Part shown: positions 19,258 to 27,791 of the stretch, piece by piece
How positions within the stretch are numbered: position 1 is the first letter of the stretch
Layout of the letters: every line of letters begins with the position of its first letter
Assembly (NCBI GenBank): GCA_016936665.1
Contig: JAFGXI010000010.1
Span: 72,611 to 136,610 of the forward strand
Length of the DNA: 64,000 nucleotides
Direction of reading: 5' to 3'
DNA from: Bacteroidales bacterium
Lineage (GTDB): Bacteria; Bacteroidota; Bacteroidia; Bacteroidales; JAFGXI01
The notes under the pieces: generated by a model
Told to the model about the DNA's origin: nothing
Seen by the model: the letters and a program-made list of their open reading frames with translations, nothing else
Databases searched by the model: none
Program-made: the position numbers and the translations under genes

Positions 19258-20356
19258 TTTTAAATCCTTTAAACTGTCCTGTTCTTGTATCAATAATCCA
19301 GTTTTGTTTAAATAAATATTTGGCAGGCATAGCCATATTTAAACCAAATTGGCTTAGGGTAATGTTGGACTCATAAATTACTTTTTGTTTATCCGAAATG
19401 CTTACGTTTATAGTTGCCGGCACAACAAAAGGAATCATTTTTTCAGAAAATCGTTTAATCGTATCAACAGCAACAGTCCCATTATTAGCATTCTGTAACT
19501 TAAGTACGATAGGATAAAAAGATTTTTTTGCATCCTCACTAAATCCATAACTCTCATTAAAGAAAACAATATTATAGGCACCTAAATTGAATGGTTCGAC
19601 TTGTAATACTTTCCGAAAATGTTTATAAACGACTTTACCAAAGAACAGTGCTTCGTATGCTTTCTCTTTTTTATCTAGTTCCTCAAGCATTACTTTTAGT
19701 GCATCTTCTTTAGGAAGCTTATCGTTCATACCAGAGATCAATCTAAACTTTCGCTTTCTAATTTTTGTTAATGTTTTGGCGGCATCTTTAGCCATTTCCT
19801 CGTAGGTTTTATTACGAATCACTTTATTAACAATCGGGATTTTTTTACTTACACTATCAACTGTAACCATTTTAAATGATGTTTCGGACTCTTCGATAAT
19901 CATTTTTTTAAGTGTTAGTTCTTCGAAATAAGGCTCTTGATCTGAAGCTTCGAGCCATTTATCTTGCGGATAAACAAATGATTGATCTGAGCCAAATGTT
20001 GATGTTAACCATTGAAAGTTTTCTGGCTTAATTTTTTTAATATCGCCGGTAATTTTATACAGATTCGAAGTGTCTACCTTAGAAACGGTAGAGATAATAA
20101 CATTCTCTATTTCCCACTTGGTAGATGTTTCGATAATTTCAGGTTTAATTTCCAGAAATTGTTCAGAAAATTCTGAGAAAGGGCCAACTAGTTCCGTTTT
20201 TTCAACGGCATCGATAGTAATAACTAATTGCTGATAGGGTAACGCATATATAAGGGAAGGCTCCTTGTATTGTTTGCCATCGGAGAGTTTTTGGACTTTT
20301 ACAGATTGGCAAGCTGCTAATATCAATATAAAGAAAAAAACGAATAGAGATTTCAT
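19250..20356 (-). CDS. Hypothetical lipoprotein (possibly DUF4831-like)
   Basis: 368 aa. Signal peptide plus lipobox ILILAACQS. LIYALPYQQLVITIDAVEK...GPFSEFSEQFL is reminiscent of DUF4831 lipoproteins (recall only). The stop overlaps the next gene's start (ATGATTAA). Confidence 0.6.
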   Translation of the reverse strand: MKSLFVFFFILILAACQSVKVQKLSDGKQYKEPSLIYALPYQQLVITIDAVEKTELVGPFSEFSEQFLEIKPEIIETSTKWEIENVIISTVSKVDTSNLYKITGDIKKIKPENFQWLTSTFGSDQSFVYPQDKWLEASDQEPYFEELTLKKMIIEESETSFKMVTVDSVSKKIPIVNKVIRNKTYEEMAKDAAKTLTKIRKRKFRLISGMNDKLPKEDALKVMLEELDKKEKAYEALFFGKVVYKHFRKVLQVEPFNLGAYNIVFFNESYGFSEDAKKSFYPIVLKLQNANNGTVAVDTIKRFSEKMIPFVVPATINVSISDKQKVIYESNITLSQFGLNMAMPAKYLFKQNWIIDTRTGQFKGFKND

Positions 20357-20476
20357 TGACTTTTTTCTTTCAAAGATAAAGACTTAGCCCGAGATAGAGG
20401 CTCTTAAATTGGGGATTTTGTTTTGAAGCTAAGTTTAAAAAAGCTTTGATTAAAATCGCTTAGGGAATAACTTTAA

Positions 20477-21295
20477 TTACCAGCTTCCGCCTGCCCCTCC
20501 GCCACCAAAGCTTCCGCCACCAAAGCCGCCAAAGCCTCCTCCTCCAAAGCTTCCTGAGCCGGAAGAAAAATTCCCAAACCCTCCTGAACTACCAGAATGA
20601 CTTGAACCCATCATACTCATGGCTACCCAAAATGGAACATGATGACCGATTGAATATCGTTGGGCCGATTTAATGCGTAATACAAAAAAAAGAATTAGAA
20701 AGAAGCCAATAAATATTAGGGGAATCCATTGCCCCGAATTATCACCTCCTGTTCTTTGCATATACTTTTCTGAGCTGTATTTCCCTTTCGAAATGTCGAT
20801 AAGCACATTTAAAGCATTATCGACACCTTTAAAGTTTTTTCCTTTTTTAAATTCAGGAATCACTTCTGCTTCGACTATGCGCTTCGCAATAGCATCCGGA
20901 ATTACATCTTCTAAACCGTAACCGACCTGAATAGAGACTTCACCTTTGCTATCTGCTTGCTTGGGTTTAATTAAGAATACTATCCCGTTGTTTTCTTTAC
21001 TGCCTACCTTCCATGCTATACCTAATCTTGCGGCATAATCGTTTTTATCGTATCCAAACAAATTGTTGACGGTTACAAATAATATTTGAACCGAATTTTC
21101 ACGACTAAGTTGATTAAGCTTTGCTTCTATTTTTTCGTTCTGTTCTTTGGTTAAAAACCCGGCATAATCTTGGACTAAAGTCTGCACTGACTTTTGCTCG
21201 AACAAAGGTTTTTCAAAATCAATGGCTTTAGCTAAAAATCCCCACCCAAAAGAAAATATTGCTATTAAAAAAATCCTAACTGAATGATACTTCAT
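20477..21295 (-). CDS. TPM-domain membrane protein (YgcG-like) with glycine-rich C-terminal tail
   Basis: 272 aa. Signal/TM, TPM (TLP18.3/Psb32/MOLO-1) type domain (VQDYAGFLTKEQNEKIEAKL...VQILFVTV), TM helix. C-terminal tail is SGSSGGFGNFSSGSGSFGGGGFGGFGGGSFGGGGAGGSW. Confidence 0.8.
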   Translation of the reverse strand: MKYHSVRIFLIAIFSFGWGFLAKAIDFEKPLFEQKSVQTLVQDYAGFLTKEQNEKIEAKLNQLSRENSVQILFVTVNNLFGYDKNDYAARLGIAWKVGSKENNGIVFLIKPKQADSKGEVSIQVGYGLEDVIPDAIAKRIVEAEVIPEFKKGKNFKGVDNALNVLIDISKGKYSSEKYMQRTGGDNSGQWIPLIFIGFFLILFFVLRIKSAQRYSIGHHVPFWVAMSMMGSSHSGSSGGFGNFSSGSGSFGGGGFGGFGGGSFGGGGAGGSW

Positions 21296-21698
21296 TACTT
21301 AATTCGTTTATATCGTCTATTTGTATCGGAAAATAATTTTTAAGCTGTTGCCCAGCCGAAAGAATGCCTGTTTTAAGACCTTCAGCAAAACGCCCGTTTT
21401 TAAAGTCGGCTTCCATTTGCTCGCTAATCGACTTCCAAAAATTGGCTTCAACTTTAGCGTTTATACCTGCATCACCAAGAATTGCAAACTTTCTATCGTT
21501 TCTGGCAATATAAAACAGCACTCCATTTCGCAAAGCTGTTTGATGCATTTTTAACTTTTCGAACCAATATGTTGCACAATCTAACACATCGTCTTTACAA
21601 GAATCTGCTATATGCACTCGAATTTCGCCAGATGTATTTAACTCGGCTTGTGCAATAGCAGATTCTATAAGCTTTCTTTCTTCCTTACTTAATTTCAT
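21276..21698 (-). CDS. TPM-domain protein (small, cytoplasmic type)
   Basis: 140 aa. IESAIAQAELNTSGEIRVHI...GVLFYIARNDRKFAILGDAGI pattern typical of TPM phosphatase-like proteins. 20-nt overlap with the downstream gene; abuts lemA. Confidence 0.75.
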   Translation of the reverse strand: MKLSKEERKLIESAIAQAELNTSGEIRVHIADSCKDDVLDCATYWFEKLKMHQTALRNGVLFYIARNDRKFAILGDAGINAKVEANFWKSISEQMEADFKNGRFAEGLKTGILSAGQQLKNYFPIQIDDINELSNEVSFS

Positions 21699-22292
21699 CT
21701 AAAATTCTACTTTTGGAGCTGTTTGAGCACCTTCTTCAGATTTGAAAAATTCTTTTTCTTCGAAACCGTACATATTTGCTAACATGTTATTTGGAAATCC
21801 TAATACGGTTTGATTAAACGCTTTAACCGTTTCGTTGAACTTCCTTCTTTCAACAGCTATACGATTTTCCGTTCCTTCGAGCTGCGCTTGCAGTTCCATA
21901 AAATTCTGATTGGCTTTCAAATCGGGGTAGCGTTCCATAACCACCATTAATTTAGAAAGTGCACTGGTTAATCCCGATTGTGCTTCTTGAAATTGAGCAA
22001 AAGAATTTGCATTCAAATCTTTAGCATCAATATTAACACTTGTGGCTTTCGAACGGGCTTCCATTACTTCTCTTAGTGTTTCTTTTTCATGCTCGGCATA
22101 ACCTTTAACAGTATTCACTAGGTTTGGTATTAGGTCTGCCCTACGCTGGTATGCTGTTTCTACATTAGCCCATTGCTCTTTAACGTTCTGGTCTCCCTTA
22201 ACCATTTTATTGTAAGATCCTGCAAATACTTGATATAGTACTATTGCTACCAGAGCTATTACACCAATGGTGATCCATTTCTTCTTTGTCAT
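21699..22292 (-). CDS. lemA: LemA family protein
   Basis: 197 aa. N-terminal TM and conserved QWANVETAYQRRADLIPNLV...ERYPDLKANQNF..LQAQLEGTENRIAVERRKFN. Confidence 0.9.
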   Translation of the reverse strand: MTKKKWITIGVIALVAIVLYQVFAGSYNKMVKGDQNVKEQWANVETAYQRRADLIPNLVNTVKGYAEHEKETLREVMEARSKATSVNIDAKDLNANSFAQFQEAQSGLTSALSKLMVVMERYPDLKANQNFMELQAQLEGTENRIAVERRKFNETVKAFNQTVLGFPNNMLANMYGFEEKEFFKSEEGAQTAPKVEF

Positions 22293-22414
22293 AATTTTTG
22301 CTATTAAATTTTCAGAATACTAAAGTACATTTTATTAGTGATAATGAATTCTTAAATATGTTAAAAAAACAGAAGGGAAAATTGATTAGTTTTAAGCCTT
22401 ACAACAAAGTTTTT

Positions 22415-22422
22415 TACCTTTG
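22415..22422 (+). promoter_or_regulatory. -7 promoter box (TAnnTTTG)
   Basis: TACCTTTG, 20 nt upstream of the ATG at 22442. Supports the shorter start. Confidence 0.35.
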
Positions 22423-22441
22423 TGTAGGTAAAAGAGAATAC

Positions 22442-23365
22442 ATGAAGAGAAGCCTGTTATTTTTCTTGATTTTAATTTGCATTACAACTGCTAAAAGTTC
22501 AAACATTGAGCAAGACACGCTCAATTGGAGAGACTACTGGTTGTTGCAGGGGAAAGTTTATCTTCATTTATCGCAAGGCGCTCAAATTAATTGGGCAAAA
22601 GGAGGCGATAATATTTTTTCTAGCTTGATAAAAACGCAATTCAAAACCAAATACAAAAAGAATAAGCAAATCTGGGACAATACCTTTAACTGGAATTACG
22701 GTTTTTTATTAGTTGGAGTGAAAGAAGAACAAAAAGTTGAAAAAAGGAACAGCGACGATTATATCGAAATAAATTCTAGTTATGGATATAATGCAAAAGG
22801 TAAATTTTACTACAATGCTTTATTCAATTTCAAATCGCAATTTTTTAAAGGTTACAAATATCCGAACGATTCGGTGGTTGTTTCGAACCTTTTATCGCCG
22901 GCATATATTATTTTTTCTGCCGGTATGATTTACAAGCCAAGCGAAGCTTTAAGCGTAATGGTATCGCCATTAACCTCAAAAACGACAATGGTTATTAAAG
23001 AAGGAATGGTTGATGGTACTCAATACGGATTGAAAGAAGACGATAGAATTTACAAGGAAGTTGGAGCATATATAACTATAAATTACAAAACCGACATCGT
23101 TAAAAATATCAAATTAGAAAATGAACTTACGCTTTTTAGTAATTATCAATACAAACCAGAGAATATTGATGTTGAGCTTAAATCGGACTTCAATTTTATC
23201 ATCAACAAAAATATTAAAGCTCTACTAAGCCTGCATTTTATTTACGACGACGATGCTAAAATACCGGTAAATAAATTTGTGAACGACAAGTATACTCAAG
23301 TAGGATATACAAAAGGCTTACAATTTCAGGAAAAAATAATGTTAGGAATTGGTATCGATTTTTAA
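22442..23365 (+). CDS. DUF3078-type outer-membrane beta-barrel protein
   Basis: Signal peptide MKRSLLFFLILICITTAKS. LSQGAQINWAKGGDNIFSS...WDNTFNWNYG matches the remembered DUF3078 pattern. C-terminal ...GIGIDF. The track's start at 22298 is rejected because that extension has no signal peptide. Confidence 0.65.
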   Translation: MKRSLLFFLILICITTAKSSNIEQDTLNWRDYWLLQGKVYLHLSQGAQINWAKGGDNIFSSLIKTQFKTKYKKNKQIWDNTFNWNYGFLLVGVKEEQKVEKRNSDDYIEINSSYGYNAKGKFYYNALFNFKSQFFKGYKYPNDSVVVSNLLSPAYIIFSAGMIYKPSEALSVMVSPLTSKTTMVIKEGMVDGTQYGLKEDDRIYKEVGAYITINYKTDIVKNIKLENELTLFSNYQYKPENIDVELKSDFNFIINKNIKALLSLHFIYDDDAKIPVNKFVNDKYTQVGYTKGLQFQEKIMLGIGIDF

Positions 23366-23478
23366 TATACGCAAAAGGATTTTTTAAAACATTTTATTGA
23401 TTTATTCTATCAAAATTGATTAACTTCGCTAGTTGAACTGATAAACTTAATCTTACGGACAAAATAAACATTGTACTA

Positions 23479-24453
23479 ATGAACTTTAAAAACTATATCG
23501 TTGTTATTCTTATTTCTGTTTTAGCCCTAGGTTCTTGCTCTAAAAAAACAGATGACGACAAAATATCATTAGATACAAGCTCAAATACTTTCGTAGCAAA
23601 TATTGAAGGAGAAGCATTTAACGCTTTTGCAAAACAAGCCGTACTTAAAGATGGATATTTAACCGTTTATGGGCAAAGTTCAAACGGTTCAATTATCTGT
23701 GTCAGAACAAAATTATACAATTACGAACCTACCGATAAAACGTATATTTTAAGTAATCATTCCGATCATTTTATTTCTTACGATTTTGGAAATCGTTTCG
23801 ACACGTTAGTTTATTGGAGCAAAAACAACCCTGAAGATTTAGGACAATCGGGCGATGTACTCATCAGTAAAATAGATTTAGATTACGGACTGGTAAGTGG
23901 AACTTTTAAAACAAGAGTTTATAGTAATTTCGATAAAAATCAACAATTTTATCTCTCTCAGGGTAGTTTTACTGATATTATGATTGTAGATTCTCTAACC
24001 ATCGATAATTATGGAATGATTGGCATTACTAACAGTTCAGGCGGCACCGGCGGTGGTGGCGGTGGAGACGTCATTTTACCAACAGACAACTACGTCAAAT
24101 GTAAAGTTAACGGGGTTGACTATAACAGCACATCGACAAATATCACTTCTAACTACGGTATGTTAATGATAAGTGGTAATATTAATACACAATTCAAGTC
24201 GATAAATATTCAAATGCCGGTAAGTATTGCCGTTGGAACGTACGACATTAGCAATCCATTAAACAGTGTTTCGATTAATTATTCTGTAAGCAGTACTGCA
24301 TACTCGCTTAATCCTATTGGAACTTTAGACATTACTGAAAAAACGACAGAACATATTTCAGGTACCTTTACAGTTAGTCTGACCAATACAAACAACGAAA
24401 ATGATGTTATCACATTAGAAAACGGTCAGTTCTCAATGAGTTTATTGCAATAA
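23479..24453 (+). CDS. Hypothetical lipoprotein with two similar halves joined by a poly-Gly linker
   Basis: 324 aa. Lipobox LGSCSKK. Central linker SSGGTGGGGGGD. Both halves end in an ISGTF / VSGTF...G.F pattern, suggesting an internal domain duplication. Confidence 0.55.
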   Translation: MNFKNYIVVILISVLALGSCSKKTDDDKISLDTSSNTFVANIEGEAFNAFAKQAVLKDGYLTVYGQSSNGSIICVRTKLYNYEPTDKTYILSNHSDHFISYDFGNRFDTLVYWSKNNPEDLGQSGDVLISKIDLDYGLVSGTFKTRVYSNFDKNQQFYLSQGSFTDIMIVDSLTIDNYGMIGITNSSGGTGGGGGGDVILPTDNYVKCKVNGVDYNSTSTNITSNYGMLMISGNINTQFKSINIQMPVSIAVGTYDISNPLNSVSINYSVSSTAYSLNPIGTLDITEKTTEHISGTFTVSLTNTNNENDVITLENGQFSMSLLQ

Positions 24454-25467
24454 TTCGACCGCATCTTTTAATTCGATACGTTCTCCCTGATAGAAAGGCA
24501 CTATAAAACTCCCTTTAAAGCCTTGCTTTCGCATTTGGTTTTTAAAATCATTAGCCTCTTCGATAGTCACAAAACTGCCACCAGTATATTTGTATAAGCC
24601 TTTATGGTAATATCGAAAATCGGCAAATCCTTTAAGTGATTTCCACTTCAAATCATGAGCTTTACCCGAAGTATATATCTGAACCCTAAAAATTGGCTTT
24701 TCAGAATCATCTACTAGCAAAGGTTTTTCAGTTGCTTCTTTAAGATAATCGGTTAGCAAATGAGAGTAAACTAAATTGTATCTTTGTTTAGCATCTTTTC
24801 TATAACATGCATTAAAGTGCCACCATTCTGTGGTAATACCCATAAATCCGGCTCTCTTCATCACATACCTTAAAAGCAATCGATTATTGTATTGATTTTT
24901 GCTTAACTTCCCTTTTTTTAAAAATTCTTCTTCATAATACGGATAAGCCAATTTTTCGAAACTATCGAAAGATGTACCCATATCAAGTGGTTGATCTTTA
25001 TTGTCAATTATAGTTAAATCGACCGCTGCTCCGAAGTTGTGCAATGAACCGTATTTAGGATTTGATACATATTTCGACTTTTCAGACTCAGGTACTTTTA
25101 TTGCTTTCCACATCATCCATTGTATCGATTGAGGCCGGGTTGCATCGTAAATTAATAAACGAAACCCGGGTAATGTATCTGATAAAATTTGTTGAGCCCT
25201 TGCAAGCATCTCAGCGGCATCTTTGTTTAAATAAGCTCTTTGTAACTGCCCATACATGTTTTTTTTAACAAAATTATCTTTAGTAGAATATTTTAAATCA
25301 ACTGCAATACGATTGTCGAGTTGCTGTACATTAACTAAATCTAACATCACAAAAACACGTTCAAGCTCGCTAGTATCGGCAATACCAATAGAATTGTTTT
25401 GCGCCTTCACTTCCAAGATAGTTTGAAAGATAAAAAAGTATGCGAGTATTGACAAATAGGTCTTCAT
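24442..25467 (-). CDS. M15-family D-Ala-D-Ala dipeptidase-like peptidase (VanX-type) with C-terminal SPOR-like domain
   Basis: 341 aa. Signal peptide. LIYDATRPQSIQ, SLHNFGAAVDLTI (His/Asp zinc ligands), EWWHF. The C-terminal ~80 aa (FRVQIYTSG...FIVPFYQGERI) resemble a SPOR peptidoglycan-binding domain. Confidence 0.75.
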   Translation of the reverse strand: MKTYLSILAYFFIFQTILEVKAQNNSIGIADTSELERVFVMLDLVNVQQLDNRIAVDLKYSTKDNFVKKNMYGQLQRAYLNKDAAEMLARAQQILSDTLPGFRLLIYDATRPQSIQWMMWKAIKVPESEKSKYVSNPKYGSLHNFGAAVDLTIIDNKDQPLDMGTSFDSFEKLAYPYYEEEFLKKGKLSKNQYNNRLLLRYVMKRAGFMGITTEWWHFNACYRKDAKQRYNLVYSHLLTDYLKEATEKPLLVDDSEKPIFRVQIYTSGKAHDLKWKSLKGFADFRYYHKGLYKYTGGSFVTIEEANDFKNQMRKQGFKGSFIVPFYQGERIELKDAVELLQ

Positions 25468-25525
25468 TTAGAATTCAAAAATAGAAATTCGTAACATTTA
25501 TAATACCAAATCGTCGAATAAGTTT

Positions 25526-25533
25526 TAATTTTG
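25526..25533 (+). promoter_or_regulatory. -7 promoter box (TAnnTTTG)
   Basis: TAATTTTG, 27 nt upstream of the ATG at 25560. Confidence 0.3.
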
Positions 25534-25559
25534 GAACAAGACATATAATCCAATACATT

Positions 25560-27731
25560 ATGAATTTTATTAACACATTCAAAATGCAAATCCTAAAAAA
25601 AGCTTTAATACTAGTAATTGCTGTGTTTACATCAGCTCCTATCTTCTCTCAAGAAAAATCATTGACGATAGAAGAAGCTGTTGTTGGACAGTACAGAGAA
25701 TTGTACCCCGAGTATTTAACTAACATTCAATGGAAAGATGCAGAGCACTTTACAACGATAAAATCATATAGAAATATTGTTATTCAAGAACTAAGTAACA
25801 ACACTGTCGATACACTTTTGACTTTAGATGACATAAACGGAATGTATAACCTAACCGGCTTAGATTCCTTAAGGTATATTGTTAGTATTCACTGGATTAA
25901 CAGCAATACTTTTTATAATCTACAAAACAATGTACTTACTGTTATTGATATTGATAAAAAAGAAATTTCTAAGTCTATCAAATTCAACGAGAATGCAGAA
26001 AACACAGAGTACAACCCTTTTAATCAACTGGTTACTTACACTGTAAATAATAATTTATTCATTCATGATGGAAAAGAAGAAATAGCAATAACAAAAGACG
26101 AAGACCTTGGTATTGTAAATGGTCAAACTGTACACAGAAGCGAATTCGGAATTACAGGTGGAATATTTTGGTCCGATAAAGGAGAAAAATTAGCATACTA
26201 CCACAAAGACGAAACCATGATCACCGATTACCCTTTAGTCGATGTTACCCAACGCGTTGCAAAAGCCAATAACACTAAATATCCTATGGCTGGAATGAAA
26301 AGCGAAGAAGTTAAAGTAGCTGTTTACAATCCTAAAACGAACAGTAGTATTTATTTGCAAACCGGAGAACCTGCCGAACAGTATTTAACAAACATAAGCT
26401 GGGGACCTGAGGCAAAGTTTTTATACATACAAGTACTAAACAGAGAGCAAAACCACATGAAGTTAAACCAATACGATGCTGAAACCGGAGCATTTGTAAA
26501 AACGCTATTCGAAGAAAAGCATACAAAATATGTTGAGCCTCAGCACCCTATTGTTTTTATAAAAAATAAACCTAACGAATTTTTATACTTCTCACAAAAA
26601 GACGGCTTTCAACACTTGTACAAATACAACACCGATGGAAAACTTATCAAGCAATTAACCAAAGGAAGCTGGATCATAGACGACTTCATAGGATTCGATC
26701 AAAAAGGGCTTAATATGCTCGTTTATTCCAAACAAAATGGACCTCTCGAAAAACAAGTTGCATTGGTCGACTTAAAAAATGGCAAAAGCACAATAATAAC
26801 TCCTGAAATGGGACAACATACAGCGTTCTTAAATCCTTATGCCGATAATTTCATAGATGGATATTCCAGTATAAAAGTGCCTCATAATTATGAACTAAGA
26901 AATTATAGAGGAGCTAAGATTAGAGATATTCAAATTGCAGAAAATCCACTTAAAGATTACCTTTTAGGTGAAATGACAATTGGAACGATTAAATCGGCCG
27001 ATAACAAAACTGATTTATATTACCGTTTAATTACACCTCCAAATTTCGATAATAACAAAAAGTACCCTGTTTTAGTTTATGTTTATGGAGGCCCCCATGC
27101 TCAATTGATTGACGATTCTTGGCTTGCCTCATCGCAATTATGGTTGTTCTATATGGCGCAAAAAGGTTATGTAGTTTACACGGTCGATAATAGAGGTTCG
27201 GCTAACAGAGGTCTAGAATTTGAAAATGTAATTCACAGAAATTTGGGTGTAGCTGAAATGGCAGATCAAATGAAAGGAATTGAGTTTTTAAAATCACTTG
27301 CATACGTAGACACCAATAGAATTGGAATAGATGGTTGGAGTTACGGTGGGTTTATGACAACAAATTTAATTCTTTCTCACCCCGAAACTTTTAAAGTAGC
27401 CGTTGCCGGCGGACCAGTAATCGATTGGAAATATTACGAAGTGATGTATGGCGAACGCTACATGGACACTCCGGATGAAAACCCCGAAGGATATGCTAAT
27501 GCAAATCTTAGCGCTAGAGTAGATCAACTACAAGGTAAATTGATGATTATTCATGGGGCACAGGACCCAACCGTAGTTTGGCAACATAGCCAAGTATTCC
27601 TGAGAGAAGCTGTAAAAAAAGGCATTCTAATGGATTATTTTATTTACCCGACTCACGAACATAATATACGAGGCAAAGACAGAGTTCATTTAATGAGAAA
27701 AATCACACAATATTTCGACGAAAATCTTTAG
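25560..27731 (+). CDS. Dipeptidyl-peptidase IV (S9B prolyl oligopeptidase family)
   Basis: 723 aa. Signal peptide and N-terminal beta-propeller region. C-terminal alpha/beta hydrolase with DNRGS, nucleophile motif GWSYGG, and Asp/His region IHGAQDPTV...THEHNI. Confidence 0.9.
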   Translation: MNFINTFKMQILKKALILVIAVFTSAPIFSQEKSLTIEEAVVGQYRELYPEYLTNIQWKDAEHFTTIKSYRNIVIQELSNNTVDTLLTLDDINGMYNLTGLDSLRYIVSIHWINSNTFYNLQNNVLTVIDIDKKEISKSIKFNENAENTEYNPFNQLVTYTVNNNLFIHDGKEEIAITKDEDLGIVNGQTVHRSEFGITGGIFWSDKGEKLAYYHKDETMITDYPLVDVTQRVAKANNTKYPMAGMKSEEVKVAVYNPKTNSSIYLQTGEPAEQYLTNISWGPEAKFLYIQVLNREQNHMKLNQYDAETGAFVKTLFEEKHTKYVEPQHPIVFIKNKPNEFLYFSQKDGFQHLYKYNTDGKLIKQLTKGSWIIDDFIGFDQKGLNMLVYSKQNGPLEKQVALVDLKNGKSTIITPEMGQHTAFLNPYADNFIDGYSSIKVPHNYELRNYRGAKIRDIQIAENPLKDYLLGEMTIGTIKSADNKTDLYYRLITPPNFDNNKKYPVLVYVYGGPHAQLIDDSWLASSQLWLFYMAQKGYVVYTVDNRGSANRGLEFENVIHRNLGVAEMADQMKGIEFLKSLAYVDTNRIGIDGWSYGGFMTTNLILSHPETFKVAVAGGPVIDWKYYEVMYGERYMDTPDENPEGYANANLSARVDQLQGKLMIIHGAQDPTVVWQHSQVFLREAVKKGILMDYFIYPTHEHNIRGKDRVHLMRKITQYFDENL

Positions 27732-27791
27732 TAAACGATATCATTTTAAAATTACTTTAGTCAATCTTCGAATACAAAAGACTAAAATCAG

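Noticed and set aside
20477-20600. GGN-rich low-complexity DNA, considered as a microsatellite
   Set aside because: It encodes the Gly/Ser/Phe-rich C-terminal tail of the YgcG-like TPM protein, in frame. Such a tail is typical for this family.
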